DNA from: Laetmonice hystrix
Taxonomy: Eukaryota
DNA length: 64,000 nt
Assembly (NCBI GenBank): GCA_965235115.1
Contig: OZ249444.1
Span: 5,394,001 to 5,458,000, forward strand
Direction: 5' to 3'
The translations under genes and the position numbers were made by a program. Every line of letters begins with the position of its first letter. Positions within the stretch are counted from its first letter, which is position 1. Of this stretch, positions 53,501 through 64,000 are shown piece after piece. The notes under the pieces are model-generated. The model searched no databases, was not told the origin of the DNA, and saw nothing but the letters and a program-made list of their open reading frames with translations.

Positions 53501-56500
53501 TAATTTTACATTGATATTGTTTTAGTTCACCTGTCATAAAATGATAAATGCTGCTCGAAATTTGAGCTGCACAACAGATCGATTGTACAAAGATTGCGAC
53601 AAGATGCTAGTGAAAGTTACCTCGGAACGCTGTGTCGGTATCCCGGCAAAACTTTGATTCTTGCTTAAGTTTACGCTTAAGGCTTCCTGTTGGTTGTTCT
53701 GCTGAGACCCGCAAATAAGAACCCTCAACATTAAGCTTAAGCACGATCCAAACGGATTCCGGAGTCATGGCGGGGATGGTGCTTTCTAAAACTAACTAAA
53801 TCTGTCTCGAATTTAACCGACAACAAGAGGTAATAGGATCATTCCGACCAAGAATAATCTTTTCGCCCCGACGCCCAACAGACAGTTATCACATCTAATT
53901 TATTCCACCTTGCCTGTACTGCGTCATTGTTCATTCTCCAGAACGTTTCTGGATGGGTGGGTAGTTGAGGAGTGAGTGGATGGGTGGGTTTTAAGTGGGT
54001 GAGTGGGTGTTTGTTCCCAGCATTAAGCCGTAACTTGTTGAAGGAAGTTGCTTTATCTGACACTACACTTTTATCGATTTACTACTATAATCTTTCCATG
54101 ATGTTCATGTATGAGATATTTACTGAGAGTCCATCTCCTGACCTTTTCCCTTGTGTCTCTCCACGTCAGCTATTGTGTCATGTACCGACACTGGGTCTCT
54201 ACTCTCCTGTCCAATTCAGTAGTTTCTGACACAAGTCGTAAAGGTGTACAGGCCAGTCCATTGATAATGTAGAAACTGCAACTGTATACAAAAATGCCTA
54301 TCTTTGCTGTTACTAAGTAACTGTTACATATCGAAGTTGAAAAATGGTGCGAGTATAGGATCTTGCCACTTTTTTCTACCAGATTCATAATCTGTAGAGG
54401 CTCACGGCTTGTGAACCGTTAGAGTCGTTTTGTCTCCCGCCGGCTCTGGATATGAAATGGTCTGTGTTTGAACTCCCCCTCCGTTTACATGGAACCTTTT
54501 AAAGAAAACTTATCCCTCAAAGCTCCACACATTCCAGGTTATTAAATCTTGGCTTCCTGTTTCCGCAGTACGGAAGTGCCTGTAAAGGCATGCTGAAATA
54601 GTTCTGTCCCCTTTTTTAACTTAAAGCGATCCGAAACCGCCACTAGCAATAGGGCCCATGGATAACCATGGTATAGTGCCTTTTACCTGCCACCATCTAA
54701 TTCCCACAAAGTCTGTGTGTTAAAAGTAATCCCCGATAGAAACTGACAGTTGCCCGTTTGCTCACGGCGTCCATCTTGCCGAAATTCACTGCCGTGAGAC
54801 CTTAAAAAATGGCGTCCCTAGAGCCTACCCCATTCCCCCATCACTGTGTTGGTCAACCATCTTCACGGACACTATGTACAATAATGGTTACTGGTGAACT
54901 CGGACCATGGTTATCTCGGCCCATGTCGATTACATGACTTCATGTCCCATGCGTGCCCTGTCCCAGGCTCCATGCCTCACCCGACACCCGAGTCAGGTGG
55001 TCAAGAGTCTCAAGTCAACAACGGGTAGCACTCCCTTGCTCCCGGCGGGCGTGCACTGGTGGTTGGACGGGGCCAGACATGCCAATTTGGTCGATCGACA
55101 ACGTAGTGAAAAATCTCTTACCGGGCGCTTAAACGAACAGAAACTCGTCGCAATACCCTCCAACGCATGAAATGGTGGCTGAAAGCTATTATTTATACGG
55201 AGAATTGTCAACTAGAGAATGAAATGTACACTGGTTGGGTCATGGATGGAGTCTGACAGTAGTGACAGACTACGGCAGTCTACGGCCGGGGACATGGCGT
55301 GCACTGCCACTGTCAAAGCGTCGGGCTACCGTTCAGCTAGCACACCCAGGCATATCTTCACGAAGGATCAGCACCAAGTCAGTGGTGTGGTTAGACCTGC
55401 TGATCGGTCTCCTAGTACTATGACACGGATAATCTTACTCGCAGCTCTCAGTCTAGACTCTCTGACTACCTTGTATCCTCACCCGATCTGACAGCTGGTA
55501 GAAACTCGCGGCTCTGGCGACGTCACACTTCCGGGTGACCTGACTGTTTTTGATTGGCTGAATCAATCTCCCATGTGATAATGTGATGTAAAATGGCGCC
55601 GAGTTCATTTCTCGGCTAGAGGTACGGTACTCGTAGTTTAAGGTTGGCATTCTCGTTTATGTAAAACATATTGACCTGCATTTATTGCTGATGTTATTCT
55701 TTATTGTATAAGGCATATGGGAAGGTATAAGGTAGCTGGATTGTTGCATTTGGCTTTAAGATGTGGCTTAAGCTAAAGCTTAATGCTTATGATTGGGTGG
55801 TCTAAACCAGTCAAGTCCGTCAAGACAAGCCAGTCAGAGCATTTGACTTGGGCTTAAGCAGCAACTTAAGTGTTGAAGAAAAGAAACCCCAGTCATTCAG
55901 AAGCGCTAAGCTTGAAGAAGAACTTTAGTTTCCAAGCCCGTAAAACAGCGAGGGTGTCAGTCACCATCCGATGTTAACGAAATATATCTGTGGTGTTGTG
56001 CTAGTATAGAATTGGTGCCGATTTCACGGTCAAGGGTCACAGTCGTAGTCCAGAGAGGAATTCGTTATCATTCTCAGGTGGAATTGGTGCTCAACCATGT
56101 GTGTCTGGTTGTAGCGTTGTGCTCATTGGGCATTGCCCATGCGCAGATAATAAACACTGCCTTCCCGGCAAGCCGTGCGAGACGGCCGCAGTGACGGCAT
56201 CCCTCATCACTCATTGGTGGATTTCTTTGTGTACGCGTCTGCGCAGTGAGTCCCTGACGTGGCTTAGCGATGATCCCTGAGTGGTTTTACTTGTAGATTA
56301 CGGATTAGCATGGTGGCCAACACGTGGATCTTGGACTCTTCGCTTCCAGTGCAATGGGTGAGGGTAGGGGGTGGGGGCGGAGGCTTTCCATGCACGGGGA
56401 AGGGAGAGAGAAGTGCCACACATTTGCCACTTGATTTTCCTCGGTCGTTGCCTAAGCCATCCTTTTTTCTCCCAACCCCTAGTTTTGCGCCAATGCTTTG

Positions 56501-59500
56501 TTCCAAATTGAACTGTATCCTATTCATTTATAAATTCAAACGATTATGAGATTATCAACCGTATAACTTGAACATGTTATGAAGTCAGCCCAGAAGGTAG
56601 TTTGATTCATTTATTATGTTAATTTAATATCGATGAGTCGATCAGTATGCATGAAATGTAAATGACGGGGGTGCATGGGGTTGGGGTGGGGGTGGGGTGG
56701 TACATGGCGCTGATGAACACTACCAGAACCATCCAACATGGTGCTACGTTTTCAGGGTGACGTTCCCAATATTGCATCTGATAAAGAACTGCTAAAGGAA
56801 GTCAACTTAACAGAACGTCTTTTATCTCCCGCCATGTCGTTTGGCTGCTGCGGAACTGTTAGCATTTATCAAATTTAAAGGGGCTCATATGGAACATGGA
56901 ATATGGAACAGTACCATATGCCGATGTTCTTTCCTGAAAGGATAGAGGTACTGGAGAAAAAACAGTTCCATCTTTAAACTTGTGTCGATTTTACACCCCT
57001 TTTTTCAATTGGAAATGTTTACGTTTGCTTAATACATACCCAGTATAAACGTAACAATCATAGGCAGAATTGTCTTTTATTATCCTTTATAAATAATGTT
57101 CACAATGTGCCCCTTTAATGCCCAATATGCTAATCATGCCTCAGCTTGGTGATTAGTGGGCGTTCACGCGTGTCATACGTAAACTCTGACAGGCAGAATA
57201 CATCAGCCCCGCGGTTGAACGCAGTTGAATGGACCCTCAACCTCATAAAACAATGCCACAGGCGTCACACTCACGGAAAGCTTGGTCCAAGTATTAGCGC
57301 CAGGCTGACGTTATTGGTCGGTTTATAATCCAACTAACCAAATTTATCAGCCTCTTGGTGGCTTGTTTGAGGGTAACGTTTATGGATGGCGTGTTGTTCA
57401 AGCGACAACCGGATATAGTTTAGGGTCTTCCAAAAAAAAGGGAAAAAAGATGTAGTACTCCGTTGTTCCTCCTATATCTCTGCACATACCTGCTATGAGG
57501 AGAGCACTTTATTTTTACTGCTACGTGACATATTATAACAAGTATTTGTTGGGCTGACTTCCATCAAATACCATTGAAATTGAAACAATCCGATGACATA
57601 AATTGGGACCTCTAGTTTTTTTTGTTATTTTTATTAATTTTCGTCCTTTCTTGTCACTTTCTGGCCATGTATTTATCAAATATTACTAACTTTTTATTTT
57701 ACCCAGTTATCCGTTATTATGAGAAGGGGGGGTGTTTTCTTTAACCCCGTAGACAGGGACAGCAAGTCGATTCTTCAATAATCGCGCACACCCCCATATA
57801 CTGTCACATTCGATGAGTGCAGTGCATGTGCAGTGGTATCATTTCGTAACAGTTAGCTGTCTGATTCGAAAGGTCATAAGATAAATTAAAGAAATGTTCA
57901 TTAACACTGTTCAGGGACACCACGGTAAAATTATGGGGTCATACATAATATATCGTGATGATGTACTGGTATTTGTGAATAAAGGAGAAGTCTATACCAA
58001 ACATGCTTTATATTAATCTTTTTTAATTGGGCTACAAGACCAACAATGCCTCATGGTCATGACAGTCCACCATATATCAGCATTTCCAGGAAGCGGGCCT
58101 GGGTATAGACTTAATATATGACGCCGGTGTAAGATTGTTGAGGCTGGTGGCCAGGTGCAATGCATCACTTCTGTTCGATGAACTTGTAAGTAGTACAGTA
58201 AGAGTGAAATATGCAGTATATAGATTGGTATAAGTAGTATTACAAGAGTGACATTTTGTAACATGTAGACTTGCGGATGGACTTGTTAGTAGTATACCAA
58301 GAGTGGAGTGTGCAGCAGGATTCAAACAAAACGAATCAATAACTGACAGAAATGTCGAGCTGGCTCACTGGCGGGGACCGTTTTTTTCCTTTTCCTCAGA
58401 ATCCATCCTCACTATATCGATTTCATACTGAACGGCTTTATGAAAACGCAAATTTCACAGCAGGAACGTTCCCGTTATCATTGGAGAAAGCCGCTGGCTC
58501 ACATTTGATATGAAACATTCCATTAGCCTCTATTATTTCTGATCTGACCTTGATGGAAGCTGATAAACGTCTGCATTTTTGGAAGTCTGAAGGCAGGCCT
58601 GAGAACCGCCTGCAATGTGTTAGGTAGCGATAACATGGGTTGAGGTTCGGGTAGGGAGAGACCGAACATAAAGACCCTCTGGCCTCCAGCAAGGGGAAAA
58701 AATCCTTATCTCGCGAAGCTGTTTCTGCAAGGGCGGTCTTCGCTTTAAGATAGCGGCACACTTGATTTAAAGGCAGATTTGATTACTTTGAAGCGTACAG
58801 GATAGTTCATATTTCATTATTATTACTACGTAGAAATAATTGATTCTCCCTAACTGACGTAGCGTGAACACCATGAAATTGAGAGTTTGTTTTAAGTGTT
58901 ATTAATCAGTGTAAGAGATCAAACGCATCAGCCAGACAATGCGAACGTCCACATTTAGGCCATTAGCGAGGTACAGCCATTACCCTGTACGTGACGTTCA
59001 GGAGAGGATCATAATAATAAAAAGTGAAATATTATCCCAGTCTGCTCAGACATTAGTTGATGGATCTTTTTTCACTTGTGCAAGACAAGATTACTTTTCG
59101 CACCAGTGGTATATGGTGGTGTAAATTGAATTTCGGTCCAGTGGAAGAGTATAGTGACAGTGAGTATAGCTGTTATGTGGCATGGCTTACGTACGATGTG
59201 AGGTATAGTCAGATCTGTGATTTCTAAATTTTATTTTTGAGGTTGTCTTTGCTGCCACTTTCATTTATTCAGACACAGTGTTTACCCCCCCCCCCCACCC
59301 CACCCCCGCGGCCTTGGTTGTCCAAGTCGGAACCACTAGATGGGGAGGTGGTTCCGACAACAGGACGGGGGGACAAAGAGCTCACTGTGGCGGCTTAGCA
59401 TAGCGAGCGCCTAAAGCCACTCGCCCTCATCCCCCTCCCTTCTCCTGACTTTGAGGTGTTGAGGGTTTGAACATGCACGACATGGCTGATCGATTGGGCG

Positions 59501-61560
59501 TAACTCTTTACTAATCGTAGCGTTTTGTTATGTAGTCAAACGTGACACCACTGGGTCGAAATCTACTGACGCCACACGAAAACGAGACTTAGTAGTATAG
59601 CGAAATGGTCTGCGTAGGAGCATGTAATACTGACACTCTCTGGTCGCTCATACAGTGGGTATGATGTTACCCAAGCTCTAATGTACGAAAGCTTCATGAT
59701 TGTTATATTACAGGGCGTAGGAATGAAGCTTTACTTTCACACATTTCAAATAAGGAGGTTATTTCGGATAGTCTTTCAGGAAGATAGAATGGCATACCTT
59801 TACAATCAGGCCTATAATTTGTCAACAAATATGCGGGGGAAAGTATATGCTGAATCCTTTAACGACTTCGACAAAGCTTTGCAGTACTTTATCTTCCTGT
59901 ACTTCAGTTTATATAGTCTCACCACGAAATCTAGCTCTTTGCCAATCACGTAGCAAATCATCAAAAGGCCCTTTAATTAAAGTGGGGGAGCCAAAAGTCC
60001 CTTTAATTAAAGCGATTCTTAATCAGGTTAACAGATCGACAGTAATCAATGATCGCAAGAGGTCAATGCTGCTGACACGTATGGAGGACATTGACAGTAT
60101 TTATTCGGTGTACCGACCGGTACATAGTACTGACCAGTGTTAGGAACTCGGAAAACATTTATCTACAGCGCCAAATACCTGCTCCTGTGGCAACTGGAAT
60201 GTTTGGTGTTTAGGATTGGGCTGCCATTGGTGGCTAACGGCGAGTGTAATGTGAAGGTTCGATTCGAATACGGAAGGTCTCATATATCCTGCATGGAAAC
60301 CTCTGCAACAAGCCTTTTCCGTTTTTTGTTGGGCTTTCCATTTTTTTAGGGAAGGGGGATTTACGTCGAACCCGTCAAGTGGATATCCCGCTGTAGTTTA
60401 GCGTGTCGTAGAGCTACGCCCCGTCATGTATCTGAGGAGAGTGGGATTATAAAAAACCATTACATCGGTGTACCCTGGTTTCTGTAGATAAGGCTCTCTG
60501 CGCGGGACGTGGCCCACCCACTCCACCGCGCGCAGTTACACAGCTCGCAGCGCCATCAGGCGGGGCAAATAGGAACCAAGCCATCAGACTCCGCCTTTTG
60601 GAACAGATTGAAAACACATTCATCCGAATACGTCCACTATTCTCTTCGACAAGGCAGACTCCCCCCTGGCAGACCAGGGGAGCAGGATGACAATACTTGG
60701 CAGCCGTCTTTCCCTCATGGGTATTAAACGTGTACAGTTGCGGCGTTGTGGCAACGTTGCATCAGGACAAAAACGCCCAGCATGACTGCAGGAGCGTTAT
60801 CCAATAATGCCAACGCCAAAATGATTTGACAGGTTTCAATCAGCCTTCGTATACTTGGCTGCACCTTTTCCAGTCACATTATCTACGATACGGTTGAGTC
60901 ATATCTTTTGTCTTTTGTTACGACAAACGAGATTCATCATCACATTTTGCATCTGAGCAGGAAATATTTTATGACAGCGACGTAGGGTCAACCAGATTAT
61001 CAGCTGCATGAAGGGCATTTTTAGACATCGATAGGTGAAACTGGTATAGTGCATGCTTTGACAATAACGACATGTGGTATGACGCTCAACATGTCTGCCA
61101 AATTAGAACATGACGGCTTAACCCCCCCCCCCTTGAAAAAAAGGGATGTTCAAAAATGCGCGCCTATTTTTGGTAAGTGTGCGAAATGGTAGGAAGACCA
61201 TGATAGTTAAAATTATGCGGCAGTGGAGTCCAGCTGGATAATGAGAAGAAATGCTATAGGAAAACATAGAAATGTCACAAGTAGTGATGTCTTGTAAAAA
61301 CCGGGCGTTGTGCAACAAGTTATAGCCATCCATCGCCCGTCTCTGCGTCAAATGACAAGAGCTAAACGAAGAAAGTATACATCGGAATTCGTGACCTGCA
61401 ATTTGTCGAATCAAGAAAAGGAAACAAAAAGAGAACAAAATACAGATCGTATTGGTGGTCTAACCTTGTGGGGTAAGAAGGCTCCCTCGACCTGGAGCAA
61501 CGAAGTTGCCACATAGACGACGAAACAGGCTGCAAGAAAGTATCCACCTAACTTGTTCAT
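38490..61560 (-). CDS. Small secreted 4-Cys proneuropeptide gene (QERAS-like); exons 61465-61560, probable microexon 38832-38845, and 38490-38592; about 70 aa
   Basis: A signal-peptide exon and a mature-peptide exon on the same strand, joinable in frame via the 14-nt exon: MNKLGGYFLAACFVVYVATSLLQVEG/AFLPHKK-QTGSTDYQERASAFCTGLCMYEERKSYSDCFDICNYY*. Linking exons across about 22.6 kb is an inference. Confidence 0.65.
38832..38845 (-). CDS. Candidate 14-nt microexon (KQTG-S), or a 33-nt version 38832-38864
   Basis: Strong donor GAAG|GTAAGA and acceptor CAATTCTCAG; phase 0 to 2 is exactly what is needed to join the other two exons. Confidence 0.45.
46525..46706. other. Assembly gap (182 N)
   Basis: Run of N. 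Confidence 1.
47582..48129. mobile_element. Non-autonomous DNA transposon with ~32-bp imperfect TIRs (Harbinger-like)
   Basis: TGGACGTGATCTACTTGCGTTG.GATG.CTTCC and its reverse complement at 48097-48129; flanks TGA/TTA; internal CTTACGAG/TTCCGA sub-repeats. Confidence 0.8.
51380..51655. repeat. Local tandem duplication (about 125-bp unit, second copy with an insertion)
   Basis: TGTTGGGAGTGGTTGAGGACAATGAT.AAGAGAGACAGATTGAGGGCAG...CGGCCGTAT.GATGTG occurs twice. Confidence 0.85.
61465..61560 (-). CDS. First coding exon of the proneuropeptide: signal peptide MNKLGGYFLAACFVVYVATSLLQVEGAFLPHK
   Basis: ATG in ACAATG context; n/h/c regions with a V-E-G cleavage site; phase 0 donor AAG|GTTAGA; TATA box upstream. 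Confidence 0.75.
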
Positions 61561-61599
61561 TGTGACCTCGGCTCTGCACTCACACACGACTCGCTCAGT

Positions 61600-61660
61600 T
61601 ACTCCAAACCTTGGCTTTCCTTGTGCCTTTATAACAAAAGGTGGTTGTTGCGTCAGCGAT
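61600..61660 (-). promoter_or_regulatory. TATA box and CRE half-site promoter of the secreted-peptide gene
   Basis: Minus-strand TATAAA at 61628-61633, about 70 nt upstream of the ATG; CTGACGCA at 61649-61656. Confidence 0.6.
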
Positions 61661-64000
61661 GGTTGGCAATGGCGAGGCGGGCTGGCGGTGGGCGAAAGGC
61701 AATGGCGGTAGGCGTGCGCTGAATCGTCCTTGGTCCCTGACTGGACGTGAAGGAATGCCCGCCAACGGGACGGCGACAAGGCAGTCGGTCTCGACCAATC
61801 AGAATGCTCCTCTCACCGACCGCCGGGGGGGGGGGGTTGGGGTTAGTGGCGTGCGTCGACTTTACCTAATGTCAGAGCGCCGGTCATTTAGTGGCCAGTA
61901 AAAATGATCCCACTGATCACTGATAAAACACCACTGAGGCATTCTCATAGATTTGTGATAATATACTGCTAACAAGGATCGACAAACGTAAGAAGATATA
62001 CATGTGGATGTTCGTTAATAACATAATACATTAAGATGCCCTTTAGCATTTTGAAATATATGACCGTGATACAGTTTAGGTGGGGGATGTATTTCAATGC
62101 CGTCTTGGAAACATCTAGGATTTCATTGCTATGCTCTGCAACACAATGCCACTGTCCTTGTGAAACAATTCCCCGTTCAAATCCCCCGTATAGGTGGCGC
62201 TGTAATTGGACAAGGTGACTCTATACGGCCATAACTCGCAGCCCTGCCACCGGCTGGCCCTAACCAGCAGCGTCCCTATAGCAGACGCGCCGGGTGTCCC
62301 CTGCGTCCTTGGCCACCGCCTGTCCGTCCCGTTCCCAGTCTCCCCACTCAACCATCGATCGTCCCTACAGTCGTCCACTTCCGACACGTTGTCTTACATG
62401 CACCACTTATTGTGCGCTGCGTTCGTCCCGCTCAACCACCGGAAGTAGGCAACGGTTGCCTGCGTCCCTCGATAAGTCCTCGACCTTATCATGTAGGGCC
62501 CGGCGGAGGCTGTCAGAGCGAAGGACGCCTCGGTCTATAGGAGTCCCCCCCCCCCCCCACACTCCCCTCGAGTATACATCTGCCAGTCTCTGGGAACGTC
62601 CATTGGTTCGGCTGACTGTGTCCTAAGTCCGTCCCGCGGTGAATTTGATGGATGCAGACCAGAGGGCTATATGTGCAGACATATTGAAATGACAGTGAGA
62701 CGCAGAACTTGATCCTTTAGGCTGAGCCTCAGACTTTGCTTGAGGAATGTATAATCCTATATGTAATGAATGTTAGATCAGATTTGGTAGGGTAATGTTG
62801 GAAGAGTTGGAACGCTTCGGAAAAAAGGATGAACTCTGATTTATTCGAGAGGGTAATTAATTATATAGTACTGTAAAACACGCTGGTAATGAACACATCA
62901 TATGCAGCAAACCCTGGCTGATAATAATGGAGGATAGACTGATGATGTGATTTGGAATACTAAACTCACTACTGGATGGTATAGATACGGTCGTTTTATT
63001 GCCTATATTCAATTTTGAAAATAGGAGCCAGCATTTTTCTTACTCATGTTTAATCTAAAGCTACTATAGATTGTGATATAATCACGTGACTTGGAGTCAT
63101 GAAAGGTACGATGTAAATTAAATACAAGTGAGTAGAGGGAAAACAGTCGACCTGATTTTATCAACATTGTTCAAGGTCATGAAAACGACCTCGCTCATCC
63201 ATATATGTGACCACTTCCGACACGTTGTCTTACATGCACCACTTATTGTGCGCTGCGTCAGTGGATGTTAACGCTGAAATTTTCTTCCTTATGGATGATT
63301 TAAACAAAATAATAACAAAAGTATATTACTTTCAGTGGCGGATTTAGGGGGGCACGTTTTTTCAAAACAGGGTTCTGGTCCCCCTATACTGAGTGACCCT
63401 TGCCCATGTCAGGTAGCTATATGGATCCATTCATCCACCCATACACCTGTGCCCCCCCCCCCCCCCCCCGAATGAAATCCTGGATCCGGCCCTGACTTTC
63501 AAACTGCATATGATACCGATAGTTTATGGAAGTACCGTCCCCTGTTTATTACAGATTCTGGGGAAAGCACCATAGAAAGAATTCCTTATATATTTAATAA
63601 TAATTCAGTCTTTATTATGCCACGCACATCAGCCCCCATTTTGATGAAATCCACTTAAATTAGTCTCATTTCACAAACTTTTAAAACGCTTAATTAAGTT
63701 TCAAACACCTTTCACAAAAATGTTGGAATAACAATGCCGTCGAGCGATGCGTGCCTCAGCATAGTGCCACCCATTCTCAGCCTGATATTTATTGTCTCAG
63801 AAACCCAGTGTTATCACTTCATTATATGCAACCGCTGTCATCTTATGATGATGCCATGCGTCCCCATTTAAATTTGCAGATTAAACCGAACGGGAGCTCA
63901 TACCCGTAAATTAAACTAATTGCGCGGGAGATTTCACTAAAGCAGACGAAGAAGCGTAGCGCGGCGTATGTTCCTGTAGTGTAGCTCACCTTGGCTTCCC

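Noticed and set aside
40150-56960. Other candidate middle exons for the peptide gene (about 40157-40185, 52965-52998, 56916-56951, 60180-60302)
   Set aside because: They have weak donors, the wrong phase or no coding bias; none fits better than 38832-38845, although a further exon cannot be excluded.
61411-61779. 122-aa minus-strand ORF as a full protein
   Set aside because: Only 61465-61560 is supported; the upstream part crosses the TATA box and the downstream part is intron.

Overview
Eukaryotic genomic DNA from a bilaterian invertebrate, probably a lophotrochozoan/spiralian (inferred from repeat and neuropeptide content). It is intron-rich, with two assembly gaps; there are no prokaryotic features and no CRISPR. 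(1) A complete 21-coding-exon ZC3H13 gene (m6A-writer scaffold, Flacc/Xio orthologue) lies on the + strand at 9789-22216. I reconstructed it by hand to 6279 nt / 2092 aa with consistent intron phases, including one GC-AG intron and a 3' splice site that is duplicated four times in tandem. (2) A two-exon, probably secreted LamG/pentraxin-like lectin gene lies at 4626-5786 (+). It sits with decayed minus-strand coding fragments inside a ~6 kb block bounded by ~240-270 bp direct repeats. (3) A small secreted cysteine-rich proneuropeptide gene, not represented in the ORF track, spans ~23 kb on the - strand. It has a TATA/CRE promoter and signal-peptide exon at 61465-61560 and a mature-peptide exon (TDYQERASAFCTGLCMYEERKSYSDCFDICNYY*) at 38490-38592, resembling the annelid 'QERAS' orphan proneuropeptide. 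The remainder is repeat-rich: a 26-copy 52-bp satellite, a tRNA-headed Deu/Nin-domain SINE, several MITE families and degraded coding remnants.
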